A stretch of DNA of 64,000 nucleotides from Eledone cirrhosa (taxonomy: Eukaryota), in NCBI GenBank assembly GCA_964016885.1, contig OZ024741.1, positions 378,696,001 through 378,760,000 of the forward strand. Reading direction: 5' to 3'. Positions 33,956 through 47,400 of the stretch are shown here, in pieces. A program made the position numbers and the translations under genes. How positions within the stretch are numbered: position 1 is the first letter of the stretch; the number at the start of each line of letters is the position of its first letter. A model generated the notes under the pieces. That model did not search any database. It was not told the DNA's origin and saw only the letters and a program-made list of their open reading frames with translations.

Positions 33956-34723
33956 GTATATTTATTGATAATAACAACAATTCAAAATATCAGTTCAAAA
34001 TTGACCAATGAAAACACAAAGGGTTAAAAGCAGTTTGGTGTGTGTATATACATGTAAAAACCTTACACATATTTTACAATAATGTGTGTATAATTTGTAT
34101 GTGCATACTAAAAAGATGGATGCAAACACAAAATTTCAAGGTTAATATCTCTGTAAGCTTAATGCGCTGATAAGATACGCAATGATACTTATGGAGTCAA
34201 GCATATAAATATATTTTTTTCATACTCACACATATCAGTATAATCACACATACATGTGCGTATATGCATAAATATACACATAACCACGAACATACAAACA
34301 CACACACTCCCCCACTCACATTTATATATGTGGATATAAAATCATAAGCAAATAGAAATTAAGTCACTCACATAAAAACACTGGCACACACATTTCAAGA
34401 TCAAGATACAGAAATTAGGTGGGAGGGGGGGGGAGGGGTCAGTATTAGATTGTCAGACCAGACTGCCTAATATAAATGTATCTATAAATTAAGAAAAATA
34501 AAAAAATAAAAACAATAAAATATAATAAATATAATATAATGTACATACACATACAGATATACATACACATACATACATGTACGCGCACATAGAGATATTT
34601 ACACATACATACATACACACATACCTATACAGTCATACACACACATACATTTACACGAACATATACATACACATATAAAAAGATATAAATACACACACAC
34701 TAACGCGCAACACATACACACAT

Positions 34724-34762
<39 letters not shown>

Positions 34763-34871
34763 TACACACACACATAGACTCATATATATATATATATACA
34801 TATACATACATATATATAAACATATATATCCACACACTCATACCACCATAAATACACATACAAACACCCAC

Positions 34872-34905
<34 letters not shown>

Positions 34906-35112
34906 ACATACACACACGTACACATATATATATATATATACATATATACACATACATATATATATATACACACACATAAAAAACAGACATGCACATATAT
35001 ATATATATATATATATTTCATTACTCTTATATATACACATAGTATATATACATACACAACCTCACTTATACACATATACACATAAGTTATATTACAATAA
35101 TAATAAAGAATA

Positions 35113-35145
<33 letters not shown>

Positions 35146-35312
35146 TATATACACATATATATATATATACATACATACATACACATACATACATACACAT
35201 AAATATATACATACATAAATACACACATACGAATAAAGACATATATTCACACATAGACACCTATATACACATATATATATATATATATATATATATCTAT
35301 ATATATATATAT

Positions 35313-35349
<37 letters not shown>

Positions 35350-37085
35350 CACACACACACACACACACAGACACACATACACACTCACATATATATATAT
35401 ATATATGTGTAAGTGAGTGTGCGCAAATACACATATATATACACACACACATACAAACACACACAAACACATACATATGCATACGTGCACACACACACAC
35501 ATATATCACATAGATACGAAGATAAACATATAAATAGAGAGACATACAAATATATACAGAACCCATATACACATACATACAAACACGCATATACATATAC
35601 ATACATATATACACATATATATATTCCTATATACAAGCATACACATACATACACATATATACATATACATACACATATACATACCACACATTCACATACA
35701 CATACATATATAATACATATATATACATATATACACATACATATGTATGTACAATCATATATACACACTCAATCTTACATTCATATTTACATGCTCATAT
35801 ATGTATTTTTATATTTAGAAATAAATACCAAAACCTATATAGACACCCACCTACACATATATTCATACATATACGCTTACAAAAACAGATGATAATAGTA
35901 TGGGGGAAAGGGGGGGTTTGGAGAAGGGGATCAAAGTAAATATATGTTTCAAGAAACATATAATATTTTCCGTATCTTAATTCAATGTATGTTCTTACAT
36001 ATTTTCAGTGCTAGGAAATACGAAATCTATGCATCTCAAAACAAAAAAGTAAACCATTAATCATATGTTAACTAAACCAAAGATAGTCAACATATTGATT
36101 TCCAAGGTGTAAATTAGTTAGGTTTATAATATTTGAAGCAGAATTATGAAGTCAAACAGTAGTAGATTATTAATTACATTATAACTAAATTAAAGTTAAT
36201 AACGTTATGGTATCAATATTAGGAGATGAATTTAGTAATAGGGAAAAGAAACCCAAATAAAAATAAAATAAAGTATTACATCGGTAGTAGCATATAAATT
36301 ATATGTTAACTAAATTAAAAATTATATATTTATTTCAATAGTATACGTTAATTAGTATATGTTAATTAGGTATACAATACATAAAGCAGATATTGTATTT
36401 CATCAATAGCATAATATAATTATATGCAAATAAAAATCAAAATTAATACGCATACATATACATATACATACACATACACATATATATACATATACACACA
36501 TATATATATATATATACATATATATACACATATATACATATATACTCACATAAATATACATACAGATACACTTATAACACACACATATATACATATACAT
36601 ATAGATATACATATCTTTTTCAAAAAATTGCACAGAATATATTAACTAGGTATATATCCAAAACACATCCCATTCTATGATTACATGACATTCTGCAATT
36701 CGTCTGTACAAGGATACTAATTTTAAGCAAATTAAAATTAAAGTTTTAGGTTGATTAAAACTAAAACCAAATAATAAATATATTTCCAAAATGTATATTA
36801 ATTAGGTCTATAATACTAAAAATTCTTTCTCCGTCATTGGATACATGATATTATTTTGTTATATTTTATCTGTAAAAGAATTATAATAAAAAAAATTATA
36901 ATAAAAGGTTAAAATAAATTAAAATTAATCTATAAATTAAATTACTGAGTATATATTAGTAATATTTAAAGGTTTTTCAAAATTTATGATTACATAATAT
37001 GTTCTCATCTGTAATAAAATATTAATTAAATTAAATTTATAGGTTAACTAACATTTAAATTAAATTAAATTCTAGAATAATGTTA

Positions 37086-38665
37086 TTAATTAGGTTTATA
37101 ATATTTAAATGTTTTTTTTAGTTTATGATTACACGATATAATTAATTCCTGTCTTTTATTTAATAAGATATCCCTAGACTTCATTATTTCAAATAGTTCT
37201 TGGGAACATAATCTACATTCCTTTCTATTATTTTGATAAGGGGTGGCTCTTTTGAGCACACCCCAGGTCAAATCATATTTTATATTTTTATTTTTATAAC
37301 TATTGATTTTTTCTGCTAGAGATGTTGTATTAGCCAGTGCGGCATTTTTAAAGCTATGTTTGTGGGTATTATACCTTGTCTTAAAATTGTTAGAGGTAGC
37401 TCCTATATATGAGCAAATAGAATCTTTAGTTTTAACATTACATTTATAGACTATGTTGTTAACAAGACAATTCCCTTTTAATGGGCAGTTTGTTTTGTTT
37501 CTACAGTTACATCCTTTCGTTAATTCTGTATTTGAGGAGATATTATTGTTAATTTGATGTACTGGTGGTATACTTATGGTTTTCTTACATTTATATGCAT
37601 TATATGCACTTATATTTTGTTTTATGTTATTTGTTGTAGAGTATGAGAATTTAACTGTAGACCTATTTAAGATTTGATGGTATTTGTGGTTTGGCGGGAA
37701 GTTTTTCTCAAGGATATAAAAAAATTTTTTAGCAATATTATCCTTAACTTGTAAATTAAAAGGAGCATTATACCAAGTAACTCGTCTATTACGGTTTCTA
37801 TGTTGTTTATTATTTTTATTATTTTTATATGTTGTATCATGATTTTTACTAGGAGGATTAATGTTAATGATCTCACCACAACTATTTTTAGTTATATTTG
37901 TAGATTTAGGTGTTTTATCTTTTTTATTAGGAGTTTTATTATTAATATTTATTATAGTTGTATGATGAGTAGTTTTTTGAGGGTTACTATACTTTATATT
38001 AGAAGATTTAGTATTTTGGGGTATACTGTGGGTGGCATTTAGGTGTGTACTTTTCATTTGGTGTTTGTTGGTAATATTATGCTGTATGCTTTCAGTATTT
38101 TTAGTAGAAGGTATATACTCTAATCTATTTGTGTGGCCACTTCTATCTAGAGCTTCATTATAAAAGGTCGCATTTTTATCAAATACATCTTGGTTAGAAG
38201 AAAGGTTAGAAATTCTAAGTGATATATTATATGCAAGGTTTTTAAGGATAGATTTAGGGTGATTAGATTGTGAGTGTATGTAATGTAAGTTTTGGTTAGG
38301 TTTATGGTAAGGTTGGTATATACCCGTAGCTAAATCTAAAGTTATATCTAGGAAATTTACTACTTTACTTGTTTTTTCAAAAGTAATATTAAGATTATAA
38401 TAGTCTTTAAGGAAAGTTCTAATATGCTTTTTGTTTTTTTCGATTTCTGAAAGGCTAAGGTTGTTAGAAAGAAGAAGACAGTCATCACGATATAAACCAC
38501 CTTTGAGGTGGGGAAAAGAGGCATTTATGTTGAAAAGGAGAAAGAGGCCCACAAGATCAGTAATTTGGGCGGAATCGCTTGAACCCATAGTAATATCAAA
38601 AAGATTACTGTATGTGTTTCTGGTCCAGTATTCATTCTGAAATTCAATAAGTGTTTGTCTAGCAT
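37086..38665 (-). CDS. 5'-truncated PLE protein (RT C-terminal half, thumb, Cys linker, GIY-YIG), left copy; first ATG 38588
   Basis: MGSSDSAQITDLVGLFLL, GLYRDD, NFLDITL, PYHKPN..SNHP, WYNAPF, CNCRNKTNCPLKGNC, IVYKC..YIGAT..FKTR, CRLCSQE; no stops. Confidence 0.9.
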
Positions 38666-40873
38666 CTCCTTTTCAACATAAATGCCTCTTTTCCCCACCT
38701 CAAAGGTGGTTTATATCGTGATGACTGTCTTCTTCTTTCTAACAACCTTAGCCTTTCAGAAATCGAAAAAAACAAAAAGCATATTAGAACTTTCCTTAAA
38801 GACTATTATAATCTTAATATTACTTTTGAAAAAACAAGTAAAGTAGTAAATTTCCTAGATATAACTTTAGATTTAGCTACGGGTATATACCAACCTTACC
38901 ATAAACCTAACCAAAACTTACATTACATACACTCACAATCTAATCACCCTAAATCTATCCTTAAAAACCTTGCATATAATATATCACTTAGAATTTCTAA
39001 CCCTTCTATTAGACTTATATGTCCCTCCAAATCAGATATTGGAATAATTAGCAAAAAAATTTTAGATAGAGTCATCCCACAAATAAGAAAATACGTTATT
39101 TTACCACTCTGGGAAAACACCTCCCAGGTAATTAATTGGTTTAAAAATATTAGGTGTAAATCTTCTGCTTCTTTCCTACAATTTGATATAGATAATTACT
39201 ATTCTTCTATATCACCCATACTCCTGAACAAAGCATTAATATTTGCTAAAAATAGATCTAATTTAACTTCGGATGACATTAACATTATTACACATGCTAG
39301 ACAAACACTTATTGAATTTCAGAATGAATACTGGACCAGAAACACATACAGTAATCTTTTTGATATTACTATGGGTTCAAGCGATTCCGCCCAAATTACT
39401 GATCTTGTGGGCCTCTTTCTCCTTTTCAACATAAATGCCTCTTTTCCCCACCTCAAAGGTGGTTTATATCGTGATGACTGTCTTCTTCTTTCTAACAACC
39501 TTAGCCTTTCAGAAATCGAAAAAAACAAAAAGCATATTAGAACTTTCCTTAAAGACTATTATAATCTTAATATTACTTTTGAAAAAACAAGTAAAGTAGT
39601 AAATTTCCTAGATATAACTTTAGATTTAGCTACGGGTATATACCAACCTTACCATAAACCTAACCAAAACTTACATTACATACACTCACAATCTAATCAC
39701 CCTAAATCTATCCTTAAAAACCTTGCATATAATATATCACTTAGAATTTCTAACCTTTCTTCTAACCAAGATGTATTTGATAAAAATGCGACCTTTTATA
39801 ATGAAGCTCTAGATAGAAGTGGCCACAAAAATAGATTAGAGTATATACCTTCTACTAAAAATACTGAAAGCATACAGCATAATATTACCAACAAACACCA
39901 AATGAAAAGTACACACCTAAATGCCACCCACAGTATACCCCAAAATACTAAATCTTCTAATATAAAGTATAGTAACCCTCAAAAAACTACTCATCATACA
40001 ACTATAATAAATATTAATAATAAAACTCCTAATAAAAAAGATAAAACACCTAAATCTACAAATATAACTAAAAATAGTTGTGGTGAGATCATTAACATTA
40101 ATCCTCCTAGTAAAAATCATGATACAACATATAAAAATAATAAAAATAATAAACAACATAGAAACCGTAATAGACGAGTTACTTGGTATAATGCTCCTTT
40201 TAATTTACAAGTTAAGGATAATATTGCTAAAAAATTTTTTTATATCCTTGAGAAAAACTTCCCGCCAAACCACAAATACCATCAAATCTTAAATAGGTCT
40301 ACAGTTAAATTCTCATACTCTACAACAAATAACATAAAACAAAATATAAGTGCATATAATGCATATAAATGTAAGAAAACCATAAGTATACCACCAGTAC
40401 ATCAAATTAACAATAATATCTCCTCAAATACAGAATTAACGAAAGGATGTAACTGTAGAAACAAAACAAACTGCCCATTAAAAGGGAATTGTCTTGTTAA
40501 CAACATAGTCTATAAATGTAATGTTAAAACTAAAGATTCTATTTGCTCATATATAGGAGCTACCTCTAACAATTTTAAGACAAGGTATAATACCCACAAA
40601 CATAGCTTTAAAAATGCCGCACTGGCTAATACAACATCTCTAGCAGAAAAAATCAATAGTTATAAAAATAAAAATATAAAATATGATTTGACCTGGGGTG
40701 TGCTCAAAAGAGCCACCCCTTATCAAAATAATAGAAAGGAATGTAGATTATGTTCCCAAGAACTATTTGAAATAATGAAGTCTAGGGATATCTTATTAAA
40801 TAAAAGACAGGAATTAATTATATCGTGTAATCATAAACTAAAAAAAACATTTAAATATTATAAACCTAATTAA
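38663..40873 (+). CDS. Stop-free frame: duplicated RT fragment (38666-39002) fused in frame to the 5'-truncated PLE RT-GIY-YIG (39003-40873); first ATG 39371
   Basis: Manual translation LLFNINASFPHLKGGLYRDD...LRISN|PSIRLICPSKSDIG...FLQFDIDNYYSSI...FDITMGSSD...GLYRDD; 39371-38666=705, in frame. Confidence 0.88.
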   Translation, partial: HLLFNINASFPHLKGGLYRDDCLLLSNNLSLSEIEKNKKHIRTFLKDYYNLNITFEKTSKVVNFLDITLDLATGIYQPYHKPNQNLHYIHSQSNHPKSILKNLAYNISLRISNPSIRLICPSKSDIGIISKKILDRVIPQIRKYVILPLWENTSQVINWFKNIRCKSSASFLQFDIDNYYSSISPILLNKALIFAKNRSNLTSDDINIITHARQTLIEFQNEYWTRNTYSNLFDITMGSSDSAQITDLVGLFLLFNINASFPHLKGGLYRDDCLLLSNNLSLSEIEKNKKHIRTFLKDYYNLNITFEKTSKVVNFLDITLDLATGIYQPYHKPNQNLHYIHSQSNHPKSILKNLAYNISLRISNLSSNQDVFDKNATFYNEALDRSGHKNRLEYIPSTKNTESIQHNITNKHQMKSTHLNATHSIPQNTKSSNIKYSNPQKTTHHTTIININNKTPNKKDKTPKSTNITKNSCGEIININPPSKNHDTTYKNNKNNKQHRNRNRRVTWYNAPFNLQVKDNIAKKFFYILEKNFPPNHKYHQILNRSTVKFSYSTTNNIKQNISAYNAYKCKKTISIPPVHQINNNISSNTELTKGCNCRNKTNCPLKGNCLVNNIVYKCNVKTKDSICSYIGATSNNFKTRYNTHKHSFKNAALANTTSLAEKINSYKNKNIKYDLTWGVLKRATPYQNNRKECRLCSQELFEIMKSRDILLNKRQELIISCNHKLKKTFKYYKPN
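38666..39002 (+). repeat. 337-bp direct repeat of 39419-39755 (also inverted to left arm 38204-38540)
   Basis: Direct reading. Confidence 0.95.
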
Positions 40874-42609
40874 TAACATTATTCTAGAATTTAATTTAAT
40901 TTAAATGTTAGTTAACCTATAAATTTAATTTAATTAATATTTTATTACAGATGAGAAAATATTATGTAATCATAAATTTTGAAAAACCTTTAAATATTAC
41001 TAATATATACTCAGTAATTTAATTTATAGATTAATTTTAATTTATTTTAACCTTTTATTATAATTTTTTTTATTATAATTCTTTTACAGATAAAATATAA
41101 CAAAATAATATCATGTATCCAATGACGGAGAAAGAATTTTTAGTATTATAGACCTAATTAATATACATTTTGGAAATATATTTATTATTTGGTTTTAGTT
41201 TTAATCAACCTAAAACTTTAATTTTAATTTGCTTAAAATTAGTATCCTTGTACAGACGAATTGCAGAATGTCATGTAATCATAGAATGGGATGTGTTTTG
41301 GATATATACCTAGTTAATATATTCTGTGCAATTTTTTGAAAAAGATATGTATATCTATATGTATATGTATATATGTGTGTGTTATAAGTGTATCTGTATG
41401 TATATTTATGTGAGTATATATGTATATATGTGTATATATATGTATATATATATATATATGTGTGTATATGTATATATATGTGTATGTGTATGTATATGTA
41501 TATGTATGCGTATTAATTTTGATTTTTATTTGCATATAATTATATTATGCTATTGATGAAATACAATATCTGCTTTATGTATTGTATACCTAATTAACAT
41601 ATACTAATTAACGTATACTATTGAAATAAATATATAATTTTTAATTTAGTTAACATATAATTTATATGCTACTACCGATGTAATACTTTATTTTATTTTT
41701 ATTTGGGTTTCTTTTCCCTATTACTAAATTCATCTCCTAATATTGATACCATAACGTTATTAACTTTAATTTAGTTATAATGTAATTAATAATCTACTAC
41801 TGTTTGACTTCATAATTCTGCTTCAAATATTATAAACCTAACTAATTTACACCTTGGAAATCAATATGTTGACTATCTTTGGTTTAGTTAACATATGATT
41901 AATGGTTTACTTTTTTGTTTTGAGATGCATAGATTTCGTATTTCCTAGCACTGAAAATATGTAAGAACATACATTGAATTAAGATACGGAAAATATTATA
42001 TGTTTCTTGAAACATATATTTACTTTGATCCCCTTCTCCAAACCCCCCCTTTCCCCCATACTATTATCATCTGTTTTTGTAAGCGTATATGTATGAATAT
42101 ATGTGTAGGTGGGTGTCTATATAGGTTTTGGTATTTATTTCTAAATATAAAAATACATATATGAGCATGTAAATATGAATGTAAGATTGAGTGTGTATAT
42201 ATGATTGTACATACATATGTATGTGTATATATGTATATATATGTATTATATATGTATGTGTATGTGAATGTGTGGTATGTATATGTGTATGTATATGTAT
42301 ATATGTGTATGTATGTGTATGCTTGTATATAGGAATATATATATGTGTATATATGTATGTATATGTATATGCGTGTTTGTATGTATGTGTATATGGGTTC
42401 TGTATATATTTGTATGTCTCTCTATTTATATGTTTATCTTCGTATCTATGTGATATATGTGTGTGTGTGTGCACGTATGCATATGTATGTGTTTGTGTGT
42501 GTTTGTATGTGTGTGTGTATATATATGTGTATTTGCGCACACTCACTTACACATATATATATATATATGTGTGAGTGTGTATGTGTGTCTGTGTGTGTGT
42601 GTGTGTGTG

Positions 42610-42646
<37 letters not shown>

Positions 42647-42813
42647 ATATATATATATATAGATATATATATATATATATATATATATGTGTATATAGGT
42701 GTCTATGTGTGAATATATGTCTTTATTCGTATGTGTGTATTTATGTATGTATATATTTATGTGTATGTATGTATGTGTATGTATGTATGTATATATATAT
42801 ATATGTGTATATA

Positions 42814-42846
<33 letters not shown>

Positions 42847-43053
42847 TATTCTTTATTATTATTGTAATATAACTTATGTGTATATGTGTATAAGTGAGGT
42901 TGTGTATGTATATATACTATGTGTATATATAAGAGTAATGAAATATATATATATATATATATATGTGCATGTCTGTTTTTTATGTGTGTGTATATATATA
43001 TATGTATGTGTATATATGTATATATATATATATATGTGTACGTGTGTGTATGT

Positions 43054-43087
<34 letters not shown>

Positions 43088-43196
43088 GTGGGTGTTTGTA
43101 TGTGTATTTATGGTGGTATGAGTGTGTGGATATATATGTTTATATATATGTATGTATATGTATATATATATATATATGAGTCTATGTGTGTGTGTA

Positions 43197-43237
<41 letters not shown>

Positions 43238-44006
43238 ATGTGTGTATGTGTTGCGCGTTAGTGTGTGTGTATTTATATCTTTTTATATGTGTATGTATAT
43301 GTTCGTGTAAATGTATGTGTGTGTATGACTGTATAGGTATGTGTGTATGTATGTATGTGTAAATATCTCTATGTGCGCGTACATGTATGTATGTGTATGT
43401 ATATCTGTATGTGTATGTACATTATATTATATTTATTATATTTTATTGTTTTTATTTTTTTATTTTTCTTAATTTATAGATACATTTATATTAGGCAGTC
43501 TGGTCTGACAATCTAATACTGACCCCTCCCCCCCCCCTCCCACCTAATTTCTGTATCTTGATCTTGAAATGTGTGTGCCAGTGTTTTTATGTGAGTGACT
43601 TAATTTCTATTTGCTTATGATTTTATATCCACATATATAAATGTGAGTGGGGGAGTGTGTGTGTTTGTATGTTCGTGGTTATGTGTATATTTATGCATAT
43701 ACGCACATGTATGTGTGATTATACTGATATGTGTGAGTATGAAAAAAATATATTTATATGCTTGACTCCATAAGTATCATTGCGTATCTTATCAGCGCAT
43801 TAAGCTTACAGAGATATTAACCTTGAAATTTTGTGTTTGCATCCATCTTTTTAGTATGCACATACAAATTATACACACATTATTGTAAAATATGTGTAAG
43901 GTTTTTACATGTATATACACACACCAAACTGCTTTTAACCCTTTGTGTTTTCATTGGTCAATTTTGAACTGATATTTTGAATTGTTGTTATTATCAATAA
44001 ATATAC

Positions 44007-44161
44007 TTCATTATTTCTGAAGACGGCGTATATATGAGTTAGGTATGTATATTTAATCTTGATAATTTGTATAATTTTGTATAATTTTGTACATAGATCT
44101 GTTAAATATGCATACCAATTATAACACATATATACCCTAGAAACGATCGTTAAATAGTGAA
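44007..44161 (+). ncRNA. Type I hammerhead ribozyme motif with extended stem II (right arm copy)
   Basis: ttcattattt CTGAAGA [116-nt stem II region] GAAAC gatc GTT aaatagtgaa; 10-bp stem I, palindromic loop 3. Confidence 0.8.
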
Positions 44162-44206
44162 CTTTTTTTGTTTAATATAAGGAATTGTTTGTTCATTATT
44201 TGTTTA

Positions 44207-44261
<55 letters not shown>

Positions 44262-44339
44262 GTATATATACATATATGCACAAAGGCATACATACACACG
44301 ATACGCATATATATAAATACATGCACATCTAATCACACG

Positions 44340-44403
<64 letters not shown>

Positions 44404-44976
44404 CCACACGTAAAAAAACACGTATACGTAAAACGCACACATACACACAGCCATTTACACATACACCAACGTATAGAAATGCGTTCGTATACATATACAA
44501 ACACATATACACCTATATGCACGTATACGCATACATACATATATAACAACCAGCCGTATGAATAAATGAGTACAAAATATACGCAGGTAAATTACATAAA
44601 AGCGGCTGAGGGACAAGGGAAGATATCTGTAGTTAAAAACACAAGTGAGATGTGGTATCAAGTAGTGAAAAAGAAGGGGGAAGTAAAATATGTAAAATTA
44701 AAAATGTTTAAAATATAAAGTAAGTGAATCCAATAGCAGGGGTGATTGGGGATTCACTAGTGGATGTGAGGTAAAAAAAAATAATAAAAAAAAAAAAAAA
44801 AAAAAAAATAATGAAAAATAAAAAAAATAACAAAAAAAATAAAGAACAAAAAAGATAACAAAAAAAAAAAAAAAAGTGGAATGGAATTGAAAGAGAAATC
44901 TGGAAAGAAGGTAAGTTAAGGAAAATGAAGAACAAGAGTTTATGGAGGACAAGTGTGTCTGAAAGTGGGTTAAGTT

Positions 44977-47069
44977 TATATGAGTTGGAAAGCAAGTGCG
45001 ATTTCATGTGTGGGCAACTGGTGAACATTTCTGTTTTTCATTTAAGCAGGTTTTTGGTGATTTAAGGTTCTGTAAAATCCAATATTTTTCACTTATGTAG
45101 AGTGCGCACCTTCTTCTTCATCTTGCATATTCTTTAGATTGGTTCAAAATTGACCAATCTAATTTATATTGGATACCTTGGTCTTTCAAATCCCATATTC
45201 TGCTAGCCAGAGCTGTTGTAAATCTTTTATTCAGGATGTCGGAAAGATGCAACATGTGTGTAATAACGCGTTTTGAATTTGTCTTGTGTCATACCCACAT
45301 ATCGTTCGCTGGTGGCTGTTAGGTTGTTGCTGGTGGTTGTCAATTTGGCCTCATATACAATGGCTTTGGCTTTGCATTTGCCTTGTAATGGAAATTCGCT
45401 TTTGATTCTACAGGAGCAATTTTGATGTTTTCTTATTAAGGATTTAATATTTAATAGAGGGTGCGCAGGAGTAGCTGATTTTGATACAGTTTCTATTGAA
45501 GATCTTATAGCGTCTATGTATTCTAGGGAAATGTTTATCTAAGAGTTCCAGGAATGTTTTGCCTATATTAATTTTAACTGCTAAAGAGTAGGGGCGTGTG
45601 AACCAGATTATTTTTCTGTTCCTATTATTATGTTTACAGGAGTTAGTATTGTTGGGTATGTACTTAATCGGTGCACTGAATCCGCTATTTTGAAGGGCTT
45701 TATTATAGGAGAGGGATGCTTTATTGAAGATATCTTCTGATGAAGAGGGTGTGGAGATCCTCAGGCTAATGTTAGGGATGATATTTTTATAAACTATAGG
45801 AGTAATGGCAAGAGTCTTTATTTATATATTTTACATTTTCATTTGGTTTATGGTACGGTTTATGGAAGCAGTAGGCAGATCTAGGTTTATATCTAGAAAA
45901 TTAACATTGGAAAGGTTAGTTACAATAGTAATTTTAAGATTAAAACTAGCGAAGATTTGTATTAAGTATTTCCTGAATCTATCTAAGTTATGGCCTATAG
46001 TGGTATGTGAAAGTATTAGACCATCGTCACGATGAAGCCCAATAGTATGGTTAGGGAATTTCTCTTTAAGTGTGTAGACGAGGAATAGGCCGACTAAATC
46101 ACACACGTCAGCACTGTCAAAAGAACCCATTGAGACATCGAAGGGGTTCTCTGAGTTAGATCTTTTTACCCATGTATCATTAATAGTAAACAGTAATGTA
46201 TTTATGGCATGCAAAATGACATTCTCTTCAATATCTGAAATATTGATAAACCTTTTAGCAAAATGTAATGCTTTCGTTAAAAGAGGGTGCGTAATAGACG
46301 GGTAGAAGTCTACAATGTCAAATTGGGTGAATCTAGAACTATTTTTATCTTTAATATTTTTAAACCAATGTACTTCACAAGAGCTATTTTTCCATTGCAT
46401 TAATTCCGACTTACTTCTAATATGTTTGTTTATGTTATTTAATATTTTTTTTGCTAGCAAGGCCGATTTCAGTCTTAGCAGTGTTGATTAATCTACAACT
46501 GGGACGATTATTAAAATCGGATTTGTGATCTTTAAGAGTGATATAGGCATTAAGCTTTGCAAGTTTTTCTGTTCTATTATCTATTTTTTTAAAACTAGCT
46601 AATTCTTTGGCGTCCTTATTAATAGTATTATAGGTGTTTATATTAGCTATTTGGTATTTAGAGGTGATGCTATCTGTTAAGAGTTGGTCATGTAAATTAT
46701 TATAAACTTCTTATAAGTTTTTAGTTTTATCGGAGAAAATGAACATATTTTTAGAAGAATTGAATTTTGAAATATCGTTAAAGAGTTTAGATTGAAAAGA
46801 GTTAGAGTACTTACGGAATTTGATTTGGTTAATTAAATTAACTAAGTCTAGTTCAAAAGCGGTCATATATTTTACTCTTTGTGGGTATTTATGAGACTTG
46901 ATATCAAAGTATTCTGTGGAGTTCGTGATAAAGTGTCCATCGAAAATCAAAGCTTTCCATCTCATTCTTTTAAAACATTTTATACTTTGTCGATCAACAT
47001 ATTAGTGTTGGAAGTTTTAGAAGGTGTAGGGATATTCTTGATGGAGGAATCCAAATAATGTCTATCCAT
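44977..47069 (-). pseudogene. Disrupted full-length PLE ORF (N-term, RT, GIY-YIG)
   Basis: MDRHYLDSSIKNIPTPS..KRMRWKA..SDKTKNL; FTQFDIVDFYPSI; FDVSMGSFDSADVCDLVGLFL; GLHRDDGL; CSCR..PLQGKC..IVYEA..YVGMT..FKTR; frameshifts and stops. Confidence 0.92.
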
Positions 47070-47400
47070 TTTAGGTATTGGTTACACATACATTTGACTG
47101 AAGAGTGCTCGACTTAAAAAGGGCTGGAAGGTGCTAATGTCATATAAATGTAGAATATGCTACAATCACTGTCTTGGGAGCTGTATAAGTATTGAGGTTT
47201 CCGTTGAAAATTGAAAAGAATACATACACACACATGTATATTTGTAAGTGCATATACACACATTTATACACATCCGCTTACTATATTTCTTTACTTTTAT
47301 TTTTTATACACCTCTAGTATGATTATTTTTATTTATTTTTTTTGCCCGTTAAACTTTTGCCTTCCTTGAGGAGATTTTTCAAATATTTCACTATGTTTTA

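Larger units (their letters stand above)
33613..44215. mobile_element. Giant palindromic Naiad-type Penelope-like insertion (element A): arms 33747-38665 and 39294-44215, spacer 38666-39293, one-sided extension 33613-33746
   Basis: Mirror ORF coordinates (sum 77959-77962), only a handful of differences seen, (TA)n on both flanks. Confidence 0.95.

Noticed and set aside
34418-34440. G-rich run with G-quadruplex potential in the element A 3' region (mirror 43521-43545)
   Set aside because: Single short homopolymer-like tract; nothing in the sequence supports a function
37086-40873. Selenocysteine recoding as reported for some Naiad PLEs
   Set aside because: No in-frame TGA in element A; the conserved Cys motifs (CNCR..CPL..C, CRLC) are ordinary Cys codons
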